A stretch of 37,623 bases of DNA, taken from the IMG/VR virus record IMGVR_UViG_3300030095_006136, positions 1-37,623 of that record; one strand, written 5' to 3'. The translations under genes were made by a program, and so were the position numbers. The stretch is from a virus. Lineage: Duplodnaviria > Caudoviricetes. Shown here in pieces: positions 24,857-34,989 of the stretch; within the stretch, counting starts at the first letter, position 1; each line of letters begins with the position of its first letter. Under the pieces are notes generated by a model that saw only the letters and a list, made by a program, of their open reading frames with translations, was not told the origin of the DNA and did not search any database.

Positions 24857-25789
24857 ATGAGATACTTACAGAGAATAATTGATCAAGTAAGGAGACAGAC
24901 AGAAAATGAGGATGTCGATGATTTTGTAGGTATACAAGATTCTGAATTCATCCAATTTTTAAATGATGCTCAACACCATATACAAGGAGCTATAATACAG
25001 CAACATCCTAGAGCGTTTGTTAAAGAGACCCTTATAAGTGCTGTAAGTGATCAAGAAAGATATGATTTACCATCTGATACTTTTTTAAAGAATAAAGTAC
25101 ACAATGTAGAATACTCTACGACTGGTGATGATGAAAATTACTATACATTGGAAGAAGATACTATTAAAAGGCGTTTATCAGGAATCTCAGGATCGCCTTC
25201 TAAATATATACGCTTATCAGGACAAATTCTAATATCTCCCCAACCTCAATCTGGGGGAAAATTAAGAATTAATTATATACAAAGAGCACGTGAACTAGAT
25301 CTAAGAGTGGGAAAAGTTTCTGAAGCAGCTACTATAAGTAGTTCTACTTCTTTTACAATTGCTTTAGATACAGAATTCTCTAATACTACTTCATTATCAG
25401 AACATGATTATATATGTGTAGTAGATAAAGAAGGGGTCTCTGTAGTAAAAAATATACCTATTTCAGCAGTAACTACCTCAGCTATAACTTGTGATGCCCA
25501 CACTGTAGATTCAGATGAAAACGAAACTAATGCTTCTATTTTAGCAGGTCATTATATTGTTGGAGGGAAGGATACTACTTCTCATGGAGATTTACCTAGA
25601 AGTGTAGAACGCTTTTTAATTGCATACTGTGCATGGAAAATACTTAAAAGAGATTCTTCAGTAGATAGTCAGGAAGCAATGATAGAGTTAGAAGCAATGA
25701 AATCAGAAATAGTTAAATCATATGCAATGATTTCCGATGATATACAATATATTCCTCAGCTAAATAGCTGGGATGATTGGAGTGTTTAA
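24857..25789 (+). CDS. putative tail adaptor (head-tail connector)
   Basis: IIDQVRRQ...FLNDAQ...YDLPSD...ILISPQP...YCAWK pattern; directly upstream of the nozzle-sized gene. Confidence 0.65.
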   Translation: MRYLQRIIDQVRRQTENEDVDDFVGIQDSEFIQFLNDAQHHIQGAIIQQHPRAFVKETLISAVSDQERYDLPSDTFLKNKVHNVEYSTTGDDENYYTLEEDTIKRRLSGISGSPSKYIRLSGQILISPQPQSGGKLRINYIQRARELDLRVGKVSEAATISSSTSFTIALDTEFSNTTSLSEHDYICVVDKEGVSVVKNIPISAVTTSAITCDAHTVDSDENETNASILAGHYIVGGKDTTSHGDLPRSVERFLIAYCAWKILKRDSSVDSQEAMIELEAMKSEIVKSYAMISDDIQYIPQLNSWDDWSV

Positions 25790-28143
25790 TGCCTGAACAT
25801 AAAATTTTAAGAGGTTCAGGAGATTTTAAAGGGTTAGATAGAAGAACCTCTCCTCTAGAACTTACATCAGATTACGCTACGGATATGCAAAATGCTGCTT
25901 TTAGAGTTTCTGGTGCCTTAAATAAGAGAAAAGGATATCATTCTCATGGAGTGAACTCACAGGGTTCCTATGGAATGACTACATATAAATCAGTAAACTC
26001 TACCACAGGGTTAGTTACTGATGAATTATTAATGGTAGATACAGAATTAAGAAAGTTGACTGAAGGAACTATAACTTTAGCTTATTCAGGTTCTAATACT
26101 GCTTATTTTTCCATTAAGTTAGATAAGGATACAGGAACTTTTAAATTTATAATAGTAGAAAGTGGTTTAGAAGAAGTTTTATCTTTTGATATAGGTACAG
26201 GATTTGGACATTCTGATGATAAGACACTTGCTCAGTTAAAAACTGCTATAGATGCGGTTACTAATTTTACACTAACTCTTAACGGAGGCTTATCTAGTGA
26301 AAAGGCTGCTTTTTTAGATGTAGGTGTAGATACAGAAATTGGCGTTTCTTATGAGATTCCCTATAAGACATGGACTGCTGTTACACGAGGAGACACTGCT
26401 TTATCTGAAACATTTACAGGATATAAAAGAGATGGAAGTGGGTATTTAAAAGATGCAGATTTAGAAAATGCTACATTTACCACATTAAATGATGTTGTAT
26501 ATATTTCTAATGGTATAGATGATGTAATGAAATATGATGGAAGTAAAGTATACAGAGCAGGATTACCTCAACCAATTTCTTGTGCAGGTGTTGGAGACGG
26601 TACTGGATCAGGAAATCCAGACGGTACTTATTACTATAAAATAGTTTATGAGTTTACAGATAATCAAGGAAACTATTTAACATCAGTAGCAAAGGAATCC
26701 GCTGCAGTTACAGTAGCTACTGAAGATATTACAGTAACTTATCCTAATCTTCAAACAGGAACAGGTTTTGATATAGCTAATTCCAATTTAAAGATTAAAA
26801 TATATAGAAATAAAACTGGAGAAGGATTAACAGGATTATTCTACTTAATAACATCTATTGCTAATAATGCGGCTGCAGCTACATCAACATATTTAGATGG
26901 TACTTCAGATGCGACTTTAAATACTTATACCACTTTTCCTACAATTATAAAAAGACATGATCCTCCACCGAAAGGAAGATATTTAACCTCGTTCCAAGGC
27001 TGTTTAGTTGTATCTGGACAGAGAACAGATGTTAATAATGTACAATATTCTTTACCATATAATCTGGCTACAGGTGAGATTGGTAGCGAGTATTTTCCAG
27101 ATGATAATAATGGAGAAATTGTTGAATCGCCTTTTGGAGGTAAGATCACAGCAATTGCTTCTTTAAGAGATGTTCTTTTTATATTCCATAAAAATAGCAT
27201 CCATGGTATAACAGGAGATATTACAGATCCTATAGGAATACCTTATAGAGTAGACTTGTTAACTACTGAAGGTGGTGTTGGTTGTGAGAGCTATGCTACT
27301 ATTCATGAATTAGGTGGAAATCTCTTATTCCTTTCTGATAAAGGTATATACAGTATTAGTTCTTCAGGAAATTTAAAAGAAGTAAGTAATAAAGTTAAAC
27401 CTTTATTCTTAAATACTGAAACGCTTACATTAAAGAAAAAGCGAGCAATAGGCTTTAACTGGGTTGAAGAGAATTTATATGTCATACAATTACCTACAGA
27501 ATCTTTAGATGTTAATGCTAACCAAGCCTTATATACTAATGGAGGCATATTAATTGCATATGATTATTATAAAGATGCATGGGTAAAATGGACAAACTTA
27601 GATTATAGTGGAGGAGTATCTTTATACACTAATAAGATATTTTTTAATGGAAGATCTTTATCTTCAGGTAGTTTAACTGAATCTATTTTAAACTCTATGA
27701 CGGACACTGATACAACTTATGACTTCAATGATCATGCTTCCGCAATAAATTTTAATTATAGTACTAATTGGGAGTCTTTAAGAGAACCCACAGTACCAAA
27801 AAAATATTTACGCTTAAAACTATATGCTATGGATACAGATGATACTTTTGAATCTCCAGAATTTACAATATCTACAGTATTACAAAAAGATTATAAGTTT
27901 GCTGATCTAGGATCTATAAGTTTTGCTTTTGGTGCTGGTGCTTCAGGTGGGTGGGGACTCTCAGAATGGGGTAATTCAGGATATGGGGCTGTTATTAATA
28001 CGGCTGCAAAGAGTAAATTACCTTCAGGCAAATGTAAATCTTTAAAATTAAGGTTTACGAATAATAGTATAAATGAGAATATACTAATTACTAATTATGA
28101 AATGGAGATTGTAGCACCATATCAAATGGAGATTAAATCATAA
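25789..28143 (+). CDS. putative tail nozzle / tail tubular protein (beta-propeller)
   Basis: About 785 aa; FKGLD N-terminus, ITAIASLRDVLFIF, GVGC...LLFLSDKGIY, YDY..DAW; likely start MPEHK (TAATG overlap). Confidence 0.7.
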   Translation: MPEHKILRGSGDFKGLDRRTSPLELTSDYATDMQNAAFRVSGALNKRKGYHSHGVNSQGSYGMTTYKSVNSTTGLVTDELLMVDTELRKLTEGTITLAYSGSNTAYFSIKLDKDTGTFKFIIVESGLEEVLSFDIGTGFGHSDDKTLAQLKTAIDAVTNFTLTLNGGLSSEKAAFLDVGVDTEIGVSYEIPYKTWTAVTRGDTALSETFTGYKRDGSGYLKDADLENATFTTLNDVVYISNGIDDVMKYDGSKVYRAGLPQPISCAGVGDGTGSGNPDGTYYYKIVYEFTDNQGNYLTSVAKESAAVTVATEDITVTYPNLQTGTGFDIANSNLKIKIYRNKTGEGLTGLFYLITSIANNAAAATSTYLDGTSDATLNTYTTFPTIIKRHDPPPKGRYLTSFQGCLVVSGQRTDVNNVQYSLPYNLATGEIGSEYFPDDNNGEIVESPFGGKITAIASLRDVLFIFHKNSIHGITGDITDPIGIPYRVDLLTTEGGVGCESYATIHELGGNLLFLSDKGIYSISSSGNLKEVSNKVKPLFLNTETLTLKKKRAIGFNWVEENLYVIQLPTESLDVNANQALYTNGGILIAYDYYKDAWVKWTNLDYSGGVSLYTNKIFFNGRSLSSGSLTESILNSMTDTDTTYDFNDHASAINFNYSTNWESLREPTVPKKYLRLKLYAMDTDDTFESPEFTISTVLQKDYKFADLGSISFAFGAGASGGWGLSEWGNSGYGAVINTAAKSKLPSGKCKSLKLRFTNNSINENILITNYEMEIVAPYQMEIKS

Positions 28144-28748
28144 TGATAAAGTTTTCACTAGAATCTTCTACAAATTTAAGAGACCTAATTAGAAAATTAT
28201 CTGTAGGTTTAGGTAAATTAGTATCTACTGTAAATGAATTAAATACATTTGTAGGATTTAGAGGGGAATGGAGTATAGTTGATCACGGTACTAGAGTCTC
28301 CTTTACTGGAAATGCCCACGATCAGCGTTTCGACCATCCCAGTAATGTTTCTATGTACTTGAGTAAAGTACAGTACGATCCTCAGAATGCTTATGATAAT
28401 ACTACAGGAGTATATACAATTCCTTCAACAGGGTATTATCAAGTAAATATTCAATTAGGGCATGATTATGTAAGTGAAAATGACTATATACATGTATATT
28501 TAGATAATCAACATGGTGATACACTATCTAGATATGGAAATGTTCAAATGGCAGACAGTTACTTTACTGATGGTATAATAACTGGATCTTCTACACATTA
28601 TCTTAATAAAGGAGATACTTTAGAACTTACTACATGGGTATATAATGATACAAGTTATTATATACAACCTTTTCGTCCATTTACTTGGGTGGATAATAAT
28701 GTAACAGGAAAAGGCGCATTTTGGGAAATAAGGAAAATAGGAAAGTAA
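28143..28748 (+). CDS. C1q/TNF-like domain tail protein
   Basis: YDNTTGVYTIPSTGYYQVN and YLNKGDTLEL gC1q motifs after an N-terminal helix. Confidence 0.65.
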   Translation: MIKFSLESSTNLRDLIRKLSVGLGKLVSTVNELNTFVGFRGEWSIVDHGTRVSFTGNAHDQRFDHPSNVSMYLSKVQYDPQNAYDNTTGVYTIPSTGYYQVNIQLGHDYVSENDYIHVYLDNQHGDTLSRYGNVQMADSYFTDGIITGSSTHYLNKGDTLELTTWVYNDTSYYIQPFRPFTWVDNNVTGKGAFWEIRKIGK

Positions 28749-28749
28749 T

Positions 28750-29898
28750 ATGGCACTTAAAGATATAGTAACAAGATTACAAAAACATGGTAGATCAAAA
28801 GTAGTTAAAGATAAAAAAATTAGTGATTATGTAGGTCTAAAAAATGATGCTTTTTCAAGAGCTCATGCAGGAGAATTTTTAACATTAGAAGAATATACTA
28901 AATTAGCAAAAAGTGGAGGAATATTGGGAGGACTTCCTAAGCAACTACAAGGGGGAAAGAATTTTGCTAAAAATCCTAATGCTATAAAAACTACTTATGA
29001 AAAACATTTTGGTAAGTCAAATCCTAAAAAAGATAAAAAGTTTATAGAAAATAGAAAAAATACATTATTACATACAATCCAGCAGTTAAAAAAAGGTAAA
29101 CAAACAGAACTAACAGCCGGAAAGAGGCTTCATAATGGAAAGATAGTTCCTGCAGGTAACGTTCAAACATGGGAAAGAGAAATATTCGGAACTAGAGCAA
29201 AAAAGCAACTAGAAACAGGACAAACTCCTTCTTTTCAAGATTGGACGCACATGAAAGCAGGATATGGTGAAGGAGTTGGTGGAAATCCAAGGAATATATG
29301 GGGAAGTAATGAAGGTGAGAGAAGACGTCTTACAATGCAATATAACAATAATTTCCTAGATAAATTTTTTGCAGAACGTTCAGAAGGACATAAAAAAGTA
29401 GCTGTTCCTACAGGTCCTGTAGAAAGAGGAATTTCCGCACCTCTTATGCCTAAGAAAGAAGTTTTACCTGAAGATCAAATAATGAAAGATCCAGAGATAC
29501 AGGAAGCTTTATCATATAAGAAACAAATTATGGAAGAGGGAATACCTGAGAAAGAACAAGAAGCCTTTAGAGCGAAAATGGCATCTCAAATGGGCAGAGC
29601 TGAGCAGATAGCGGGATTAAGAATGGGTGGTATACTAGGAGGAGCTGAAGGTACAAAAGCAGCCTCTCAACAGAGAAGTATGCATGAAGCTGGTCTACAA
29701 GCTAGAGGAGATATTGAAAGAGATATCTTATTAAAGGTAGGCGATATTAAAAGAGAAGGAACTAAAGATTATGCTAAGACAGTAGGAGAACTAAAGAAAT
29801 TTGATATATCTACTAAAGGTGCTCAAAAACAAAGAAAGATAGAGGAAGATATGTTAAAAGCAAATATAAAAGGGGCTGAAGCAGCCGCTAAAGCTTAA
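28750..29898 (+). CDS. putative ejection/internal virion protein (paralog of the next gene)
   Basis: Helical C-terminal domain shared with 29908..31146. Confidence 0.55.
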   Translation: MALKDIVTRLQKHGRSKVVKDKKISDYVGLKNDAFSRAHAGEFLTLEEYTKLAKSGGILGGLPKQLQGGKNFAKNPNAIKTTYEKHFGKSNPKKDKKFIENRKNTLLHTIQQLKKGKQTELTAGKRLHNGKIVPAGNVQTWEREIFGTRAKKQLETGQTPSFQDWTHMKAGYGEGVGGNPRNIWGSNEGERRRLTMQYNNNFLDKFFAERSEGHKKVAVPTGPVERGISAPLMPKKEVLPEDQIMKDPEIQEALSYKKQIMEEGIPEKEQEAFRAKMASQMGRAEQIAGLRMGGILGGAEGTKAASQQRSMHEAGLQARGDIERDILLKVGDIKREGTKDYAKTVGELKKFDISTKGAQKQRKIEEDMLKANIKGAEAAAKA

Positions 29899-29907
29899 GA
29901 GGATAAT

Positions 29908-31146
29908 ATGGCATATGTAAAGTCATTTAAAGAATTTGGATCAAGAAATAAAAGAGCTTATAATAACTATGTCCAGAATGCTAAAAGAGAAGAAAAAAGG
30001 TTTAAGGCACTTGGTAAAAACTTAACTTATAAACAGTTTAAATCTATAGCAGGATCAGGCTTTAATACAATTCCAGGATTAAGTGCTCAAAGATATAGAA
30101 ATTTAAAAGGACATGATAAGGTTAATGTTCCAAAAAGAGCCTATGAAGCGTATCGAGCAGCTCAAGCAGGGCATAATCCTGATGCTTGGCGCAGTCTACA
30201 AAATACTAAAAAAAAGCAGGAAGATATAGCTAAAGCAGCAAGAGCAGCTCGAGCCAAAAAAGCAGCTCAAATTCAAAAAGAAAAAGTTGCAAGAATAGCT
30301 AGAGAAAAAGCTGCTAAATCAGCTTCAGAAGCAGCAAAAAGAAATGCTGCTGAAAATGAAAGGAAAAGGTTAGCCGAAGAAGAAACTAAGAAAAAGGCAA
30401 ATATGGCTAAAGAAGCAGAAAGACAACGCTTAGAAATGGAAAAGGCTGCGGCAGATAAGGCTGCTGCTGAGGAAGCTAAGAGATTGGCTGAAGCAGAAGA
30501 AGCTAAAGCTAAGGCTAGACAATATGTTCCATTAGAAACCGGATATGAGATGGAAAAAAAGTTTACTCCAGAAATTGAAAAAGCACCTCCTGGACAAGAA
30601 GATTCTTTAAGATATGATCCGGAAGTACAAGATATATTAGCACGTAAAAAGAAGTATGCTGAAGAAGGATTATCTACCAGAGAAGAAGAAGGCATTAGAT
30701 CCTCAGGTGTTCAAAAGATGGATAGAGAGATGCAAATAGCTGGATTAAAAGGAGGAGCAGCTTTACGTGGAAGAGAGGGTGCCTCGGCTGCAGCTCAACA
30801 GCGAATTTTGCAATCCGCAGGACTTGCAGGTAAAGCGGGCATAGAGCAGAATATTCAAGAAAGAGATGAAGCTCAGCAAAGAGCTTCTTTAAAAGAATAT
30901 ATGAGTACACTAGGAGAAGTTAAAGCATTTGATGTATCTGAGAGCGAGAGTGAAAAATCTAGAGAGATGCAGAAAAAAATGTTAAAAGAGAAATTAGCTT
31001 CGGCAGATAGAGTAGCAGCCTCTGCAAAGAGTAGTGATCCAGGTGGTGGAGGACTTCTAGGGGGTGCAGTAGGAGGAATTATAGGAGGAGCTACTAAAGC
31101 AGTTGGAGGTGTCGCTAAAGGCATCGGAAAAGTATTTGGATTTTAA
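29908..31146 (+). CDS. putative ejection/internal virion protein with TolA-like A/K/E-rich helix and glycine-zipper tail
   Basis: AEEAKRLAEAEEAKAKA region; GGLLGGAVGGIIGG C-terminus. Confidence 0.55.
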   Translation: MAYVKSFKEFGSRNKRAYNNYVQNAKREEKRFKALGKNLTYKQFKSIAGSGFNTIPGLSAQRYRNLKGHDKVNVPKRAYEAYRAAQAGHNPDAWRSLQNTKKKQEDIAKAARAARAKKAAQIQKEKVARIAREKAAKSASEAAKRNAAENERKRLAEEETKKKANMAKEAERQRLEMEKAAADKAAAEEAKRLAEAEEAKAKARQYVPLETGYEMEKKFTPEIEKAPPGQEDSLRYDPEVQDILARKKKYAEEGLSTREEEGIRSSGVQKMDREMQIAGLKGGAALRGREGASAAAQQRILQSAGLAGKAGIEQNIQERDEAQQRASLKEYMSTLGEVKAFDVSESESEKSREMQKKMLKEKLASADRVAASAKSSDPGGGGLLGGAVGGIIGGATKAVGGVAKGIGKVFGF

Positions 31147-31158
31147 TAGGAAATAATT

Positions 31159-32022
31159 ATGGCAAACGATGAACAGAATAAACAAAAAAAAGGACCAATG
31201 AGCAATTTTGAAGAAGCTCTTGGTTATGTAGGACCACGCTTGGTATCGCTGCTTATAGGCGGTCATGAGGCTATGGAAGATACGGATAAAGTATTGAAAG
31301 GAGCTGAGGAGCAACGTAGGTATCGCCATAAAGAGCAATTAGCTGCTCAAGATAGGGAGTTTCAAAAAAGGATAGCTGATAAAAAACTAAAACTGGCGGA
31401 AGATAAAGCTGCTAGAGGTCCTGAAGATAAAAAGATGACTAGCTATCAAAAACAAACATTAGATCTTAAAAAAGCAGAAGAAAAAAGAAAAAGGGATGCA
31501 GAAAGAAGGCGAGGAGAACAATTTATACATTATAAAGGTGTTCAATCTAGAGCATCTGATAAAGAAGTAAAAGAGTTTGCTCAATTTGATGAAGGGGAAA
31601 GAATACTAGGTGAAATCGAAGAGATCTATAGTAGAGGTGATGTTCATGAAGATTTAGGTCCTTATGGATCTAGAATGGAACAAGCTAAAGCTAATATACC
31701 AGGAATGGAAAGAAGTGATGATTTTGTAGTAATGCAACAATTAGTAGGAATCACTCTAGCAAATTATGTAAAAAGTATTTCAGGAGCACAAGTATCTGAA
31801 CAAGAAGCTCAACGATTAAAAAAGAATATACCTGAAATGGGAGATAAACCTAGAGCATTTAAAACTAAATTTGATACTTTTAAAAGAATGTTAAATGCAG
31901 CTAAAACTGATTATATCAAAAAAGTGGGAGCACAAAAGAAAGGTGCTTTACAATATTTGGATAAAAAAGAAGAACCAGATTTAAAAAGAAAAGCAAATAT
32001 GGATAAATACAATTTAAAATAA
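31159..32022 (+). CDS. putative ejection/internal virion protein
   Basis: Charged and helical; ISGAQVSEQEAQRL motif common in podoviral DNA-injection proteins. Confidence 0.55.
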   Translation: MANDEQNKQKKGPMSNFEEALGYVGPRLVSLLIGGHEAMEDTDKVLKGAEEQRRYRHKEQLAAQDREFQKRIADKKLKLAEDKAARGPEDKKMTSYQKQTLDLKKAEEKRKRDAERRRGEQFIHYKGVQSRASDKEVKEFAQFDEGERILGEIEEIYSRGDVHEDLGPYGSRMEQAKANIPGMERSDDFVVMQQLVGITLANYVKSISGAQVSEQEAQRLKKNIPEMGDKPRAFKTKFDTFKRMLNAAKTDYIKKVGAQKKGALQYLDKKEEPDLKRKANMDKYNLK

Positions 32023-32031
32023 GGTAATATA

Positions 32032-34170
32032 ATGACATCAAGTAAAGAAGATTTTTTAATAGCTTTAGATAAAGCAGTAGAAGCAGGAGATGATGGAGCT
32101 GCTCAAGATATTGCTGATGAATATAAAAAAAGATTTATGTCTAAAAAATCAGCTCCTACTGAAGAACCTGAGCAAGAAAGGACTATGTTTAAACATGGAA
32201 GTGGAGAAACTCCAGGTGAATTAAAGGCACTTGCTGAAGGGGGACTAGAAGGAGTGTTTATGGGCTCTAAAGATGAATTAACTGCAGCGGCAGAAACAGT
32301 ATATGATGTAGTTTCAGAAGCAGGTGAACAAGCTATTACTAAGGGTATGACTGGTGTAGATATGAATTTAGCTGAGATTGGAGAAACTTATTCTAGACAT
32401 TTAGACCAAAATAGAGAAGATACAAAAAAGATAAGAGAACAATATGGAAGTTGGTATGATACAGGAGATTTGGCAGGTTCTATTCTAAGTATGGTTGGTA
32501 CTGGAGGTTTAGTATCTCCTTCTATAAAAGGATTAAAAGGATTACCTTGGTTATTTAAAGAAGAAATTACTAAAGGAAAAGCATTAGGAATGATTGGTGC
32601 CCAAGGAATGGCACATGGATATGGTAGATCAGAAGCAACGACTATTGAAGGAAAACTAAATGCTATGGGAATAGGAGGTGCTGTAGATGTAGCCGCGACA
32701 GCTGTAGGAGGAGGTCTTGGTGGAGTAGCAGTAAAGTACGGAGGAAAACTTTCTACCAAAATAGGAGACAGTGCTTATGCTAACTATTTAATAGGACATC
32801 TAAATACTGGTAAAAAAATTCTTATAAAAGAATTACATAAATATAACAAACCTATGGCAGAACATATTGCAAGAATGGTTAATTATACAACAAAAGACGG
32901 TGATTTTCTTATTAAAGGAAGTAGAACTGAACCAGAACTTTTCAAACTTGCTATTTCAGAAAAGGAACTGCAAGGAGGATTAATAGGCAGCTCTTTAAAA
33001 GAAATGAATCATACGCCTGATCCTATGAGAGTATTTACTGATGTAAATGATCATTTAACTAAAAAAATAAGAATAGCTGAGGAAGGAAAAAATTTAGATT
33101 TAGTAAAAAATTTAAAAATTCAAGAACAAGAAATTAAAAATAAATTTATGATAGACGTTCCTACAGCAAAGGGAAATATAGAAAGAGTACCTCTTAAAAG
33201 ATCTTTACATGAATTACATCAATTAAAAACAAGTTTAGATGGCGACATTAGCGACGCATCTAGTGAATCTCTTAAAAAGGCGTACGAGAGTGTACAAGAA
33301 GGTTTAGGAAAAACAATTAGACAAATAGCTGAAGAACAAGAACCATCTACTTCTAATGTTCTTGCAACATTTAAAAAAGCTTCTGAAAGCTACGGAGATT
33401 TAGCAACTACTGCAAAAGTAATAGAACATAAATTAAAAAATGCAGGAGCTGAATCAGGTGCTTTAAATATATTCAAAGCATATATTGCTAGAAGTGGTGC
33501 GGTAGCAGTTGGGCTTCATGCTGCAACAGATATGGATATAACAACAGCTGGTATAGTAGCTTTAGGGATTAATAAAATGATTACTAGTCCTGCAATAGCT
33601 GCTCCTATGGCACACGGGTTTAAAAAAATAGCAACAGCTTTTAAGAAAAATCCTGCCAAGTGGGAAAGAGCTGCTCAAGATTTAACAGCGGCTTCTGCAT
33701 TATCTTCAGATGCCTTTGAAGAAAAAGCAATAGAAATTGGTGCTCAAGTAGATTTATTTAATGACCCTTTAGAAAGAACTATGGCAAGTGTACTTAAGAA
33801 GAAAGGAAGTATATTAGCTGTAGTTGATTCGATAAGTCCAGATTTAAGTGATCAATTAAGAGAAGCTATTGATAATCAAAGTGAAGAAGCAATTGGTCAA
33901 TTAATGGGAATAGTAGAGGAATCTATTCCTACTGTAATGTTACCTGGAATCGGCTTTAATGGAAAAGCTATAACTAAAGCAGATACTCAATCAGTTCAAT
34001 CTTGGATTGCAGAAAGAAAGAGTACTAGAAAGAGAAGAGCATTAACAGATCAGTTTAATAAAGATGGTATGATACCTATGGATATGCTTACTGGAGAAGA
34101 AATGGAAGAACCAGATAAGCAATACATATATAAAGCTATACAAGATAAACTTAAGAATAAACCTTATTAA
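32032..34170 (+). CDS. large ejection (DNA transfer) protein
   Basis: 712 aa, GD..AA..IA N-terminus, Gly/Ala hydrophobic segments, last large gene of the structural arm. Confidence 0.6.
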   Translation: MTSSKEDFLIALDKAVEAGDDGAAQDIADEYKKRFMSKKSAPTEEPEQERTMFKHGSGETPGELKALAEGGLEGVFMGSKDELTAAAETVYDVVSEAGEQAITKGMTGVDMNLAEIGETYSRHLDQNREDTKKIREQYGSWYDTGDLAGSILSMVGTGGLVSPSIKGLKGLPWLFKEEITKGKALGMIGAQGMAHGYGRSEATTIEGKLNAMGIGGAVDVAATAVGGGLGGVAVKYGGKLSTKIGDSAYANYLIGHLNTGKKILIKELHKYNKPMAEHIARMVNYTTKDGDFLIKGSRTEPELFKLAISEKELQGGLIGSSLKEMNHTPDPMRVFTDVNDHLTKKIRIAEEGKNLDLVKNLKIQEQEIKNKFMIDVPTAKGNIERVPLKRSLHELHQLKTSLDGDISDASSESLKKAYESVQEGLGKTIRQIAEEQEPSTSNVLATFKKASESYGDLATTAKVIEHKLKNAGAESGALNIFKAYIARSGAVAVGLHAATDMDITTAGIVALGINKMITSPAIAAPMAHGFKKIATAFKKNPAKWERAAQDLTAASALSSDAFEEKAIEIGAQVDLFNDPLERTMASVLKKKGSILAVVDSISPDLSDQLREAIDNQSEEAIGQLMGIVEESIPTVMLPGIGFNGKAITKADTQSVQSWIAERKSTRKRRALTDQFNKDGMIPMDMLTGEEMEEPDKQYIYKAIQDKLKNKPY

Positions 34171-34172
34171 TT

Positions 34173-34406
34173 ATGGAAGATTTAAAAAAGAATATACAAG
34201 ACATTAAAGAAAGTCAGATCCGCATAGAAATAGATTTAAGCTATCATATAAAAAGAACTGATTTACTTGAAAGCCAAATTCAAGAACAAAGAAAGATTAT
34301 GGCTCCTTTATATGTGTTAGAATGGTTAAAAAATAATTATAGATTTATAATATTTTTAGCAAGTTTTATAGCGGGTATAGTCTTTATTATTAATAAAAAA
34401 ATATAA
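34173..34406 (+). CDS. coiled-coil protein with C-terminal TM helix (holin-like)
   Basis: N-terminal heptads; FIIFLASFIAGIVFII. Confidence 0.5.
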   Translation: MEDLKKNIQDIKESQIRIEIDLSYHIKRTDLLESQIQEQRKIMAPLYVLEWLKNNYRFIIFLASFIAGIVFIINKKI

Positions 34407-34415
34407 GGAGAAAGT

Positions 34416-34628
34416 ATGTATGATGATAAATTAAATAAAGAGGAGTTATCTAAATTATATGAGTGTGTCGCCACAATTACATCTATTACAATAATGGGAG
34501 TTTTAATATTTATAGCAACTACTTTTCAAGAGATGCAAGGAATTAGATTATTAATGTATACATATGGACTAGGTTTATTAACTAGACCTTTATCTGAAAG
34601 GATGAAGAAATTAATTGAGAGGAAATAA
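34416..34628 (+). CDS. small two-TM membrane protein
   Basis: AAGGAG RBS; two hydrophobic segments. Confidence 0.55.
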   Translation: MYDDKLNKEELSKLYECVATITSITIMGVLIFIATTFQEMQGIRLLMYTYGLGLLTRPLSERMKKLIERK

Positions 34629-34777
34629 TGATTACTGTAGAAAAAATTCGAGAGCTTGAAAGAAAAGCTGCTAAAAAAAGATTAGCTAGAAAGAAAGAGA
34701 AAAGTGAAAAGGAAGAAGAGAATGAACAAGAAAATAAATCTTTTCTTGCAGATCTATTCTATAAAAAGAAGAAATAA
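34628..34777 (+). CDS. 49-aa highly charged protein (not in ORF track)
   Basis: GAGG RBS, TAATG overlaps at both ends; MITVEKIRELERKAAKKRLARKKEKSEKEEENEQENKSFLADLFYKKKK*. Confidence 0.6.
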   Translation: MITVEKIRELERKAAKKRLARKKEKSEKEEENEQENKSFLADLFYKKKK

Positions 34778-34989
34778 TGACAGATAAGAAACAATTAAAG
34801 AATGAACAAGTTAAAGACAATAAGATGGATTCTTTTCTTAGAAAAGTTAGTAGGACTAATAAGTTTAAATTTAAGAAAGGTAAATCTATTCAAGAACATA
34901 TTAAAGAGTTAAAGGAAGAAACAGAATATTCTAAAGAAGAAAAAGAAGAGTTAGCAAAACAAGACTTTGTAACTTTTGAGGATTTATAA
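34777..34989 (+). CDS. 70-aa protein ending in a scaffold-like C-terminal motif
   Basis: Ends KQDFVTFEDL versus scaffold KEDFVSFEDF. Confidence 0.6.
   Translation: MTDKKQLKNEQVKDNKMDSFLRKVSRTNKFKFKKGKSIQEHIKELKEETEYSKEEKEELAKQDFVTFEDL

Noticed and set aside
12165-32759. Minus-strand and nested ORFs across the structural arm (e.g. 12165, 17647, 18932, 22251, 26925, 30273, 32388)
   Set aside because: They are antisense or frame shadows of well-supported genes, with compositions expected from the sense codon bias
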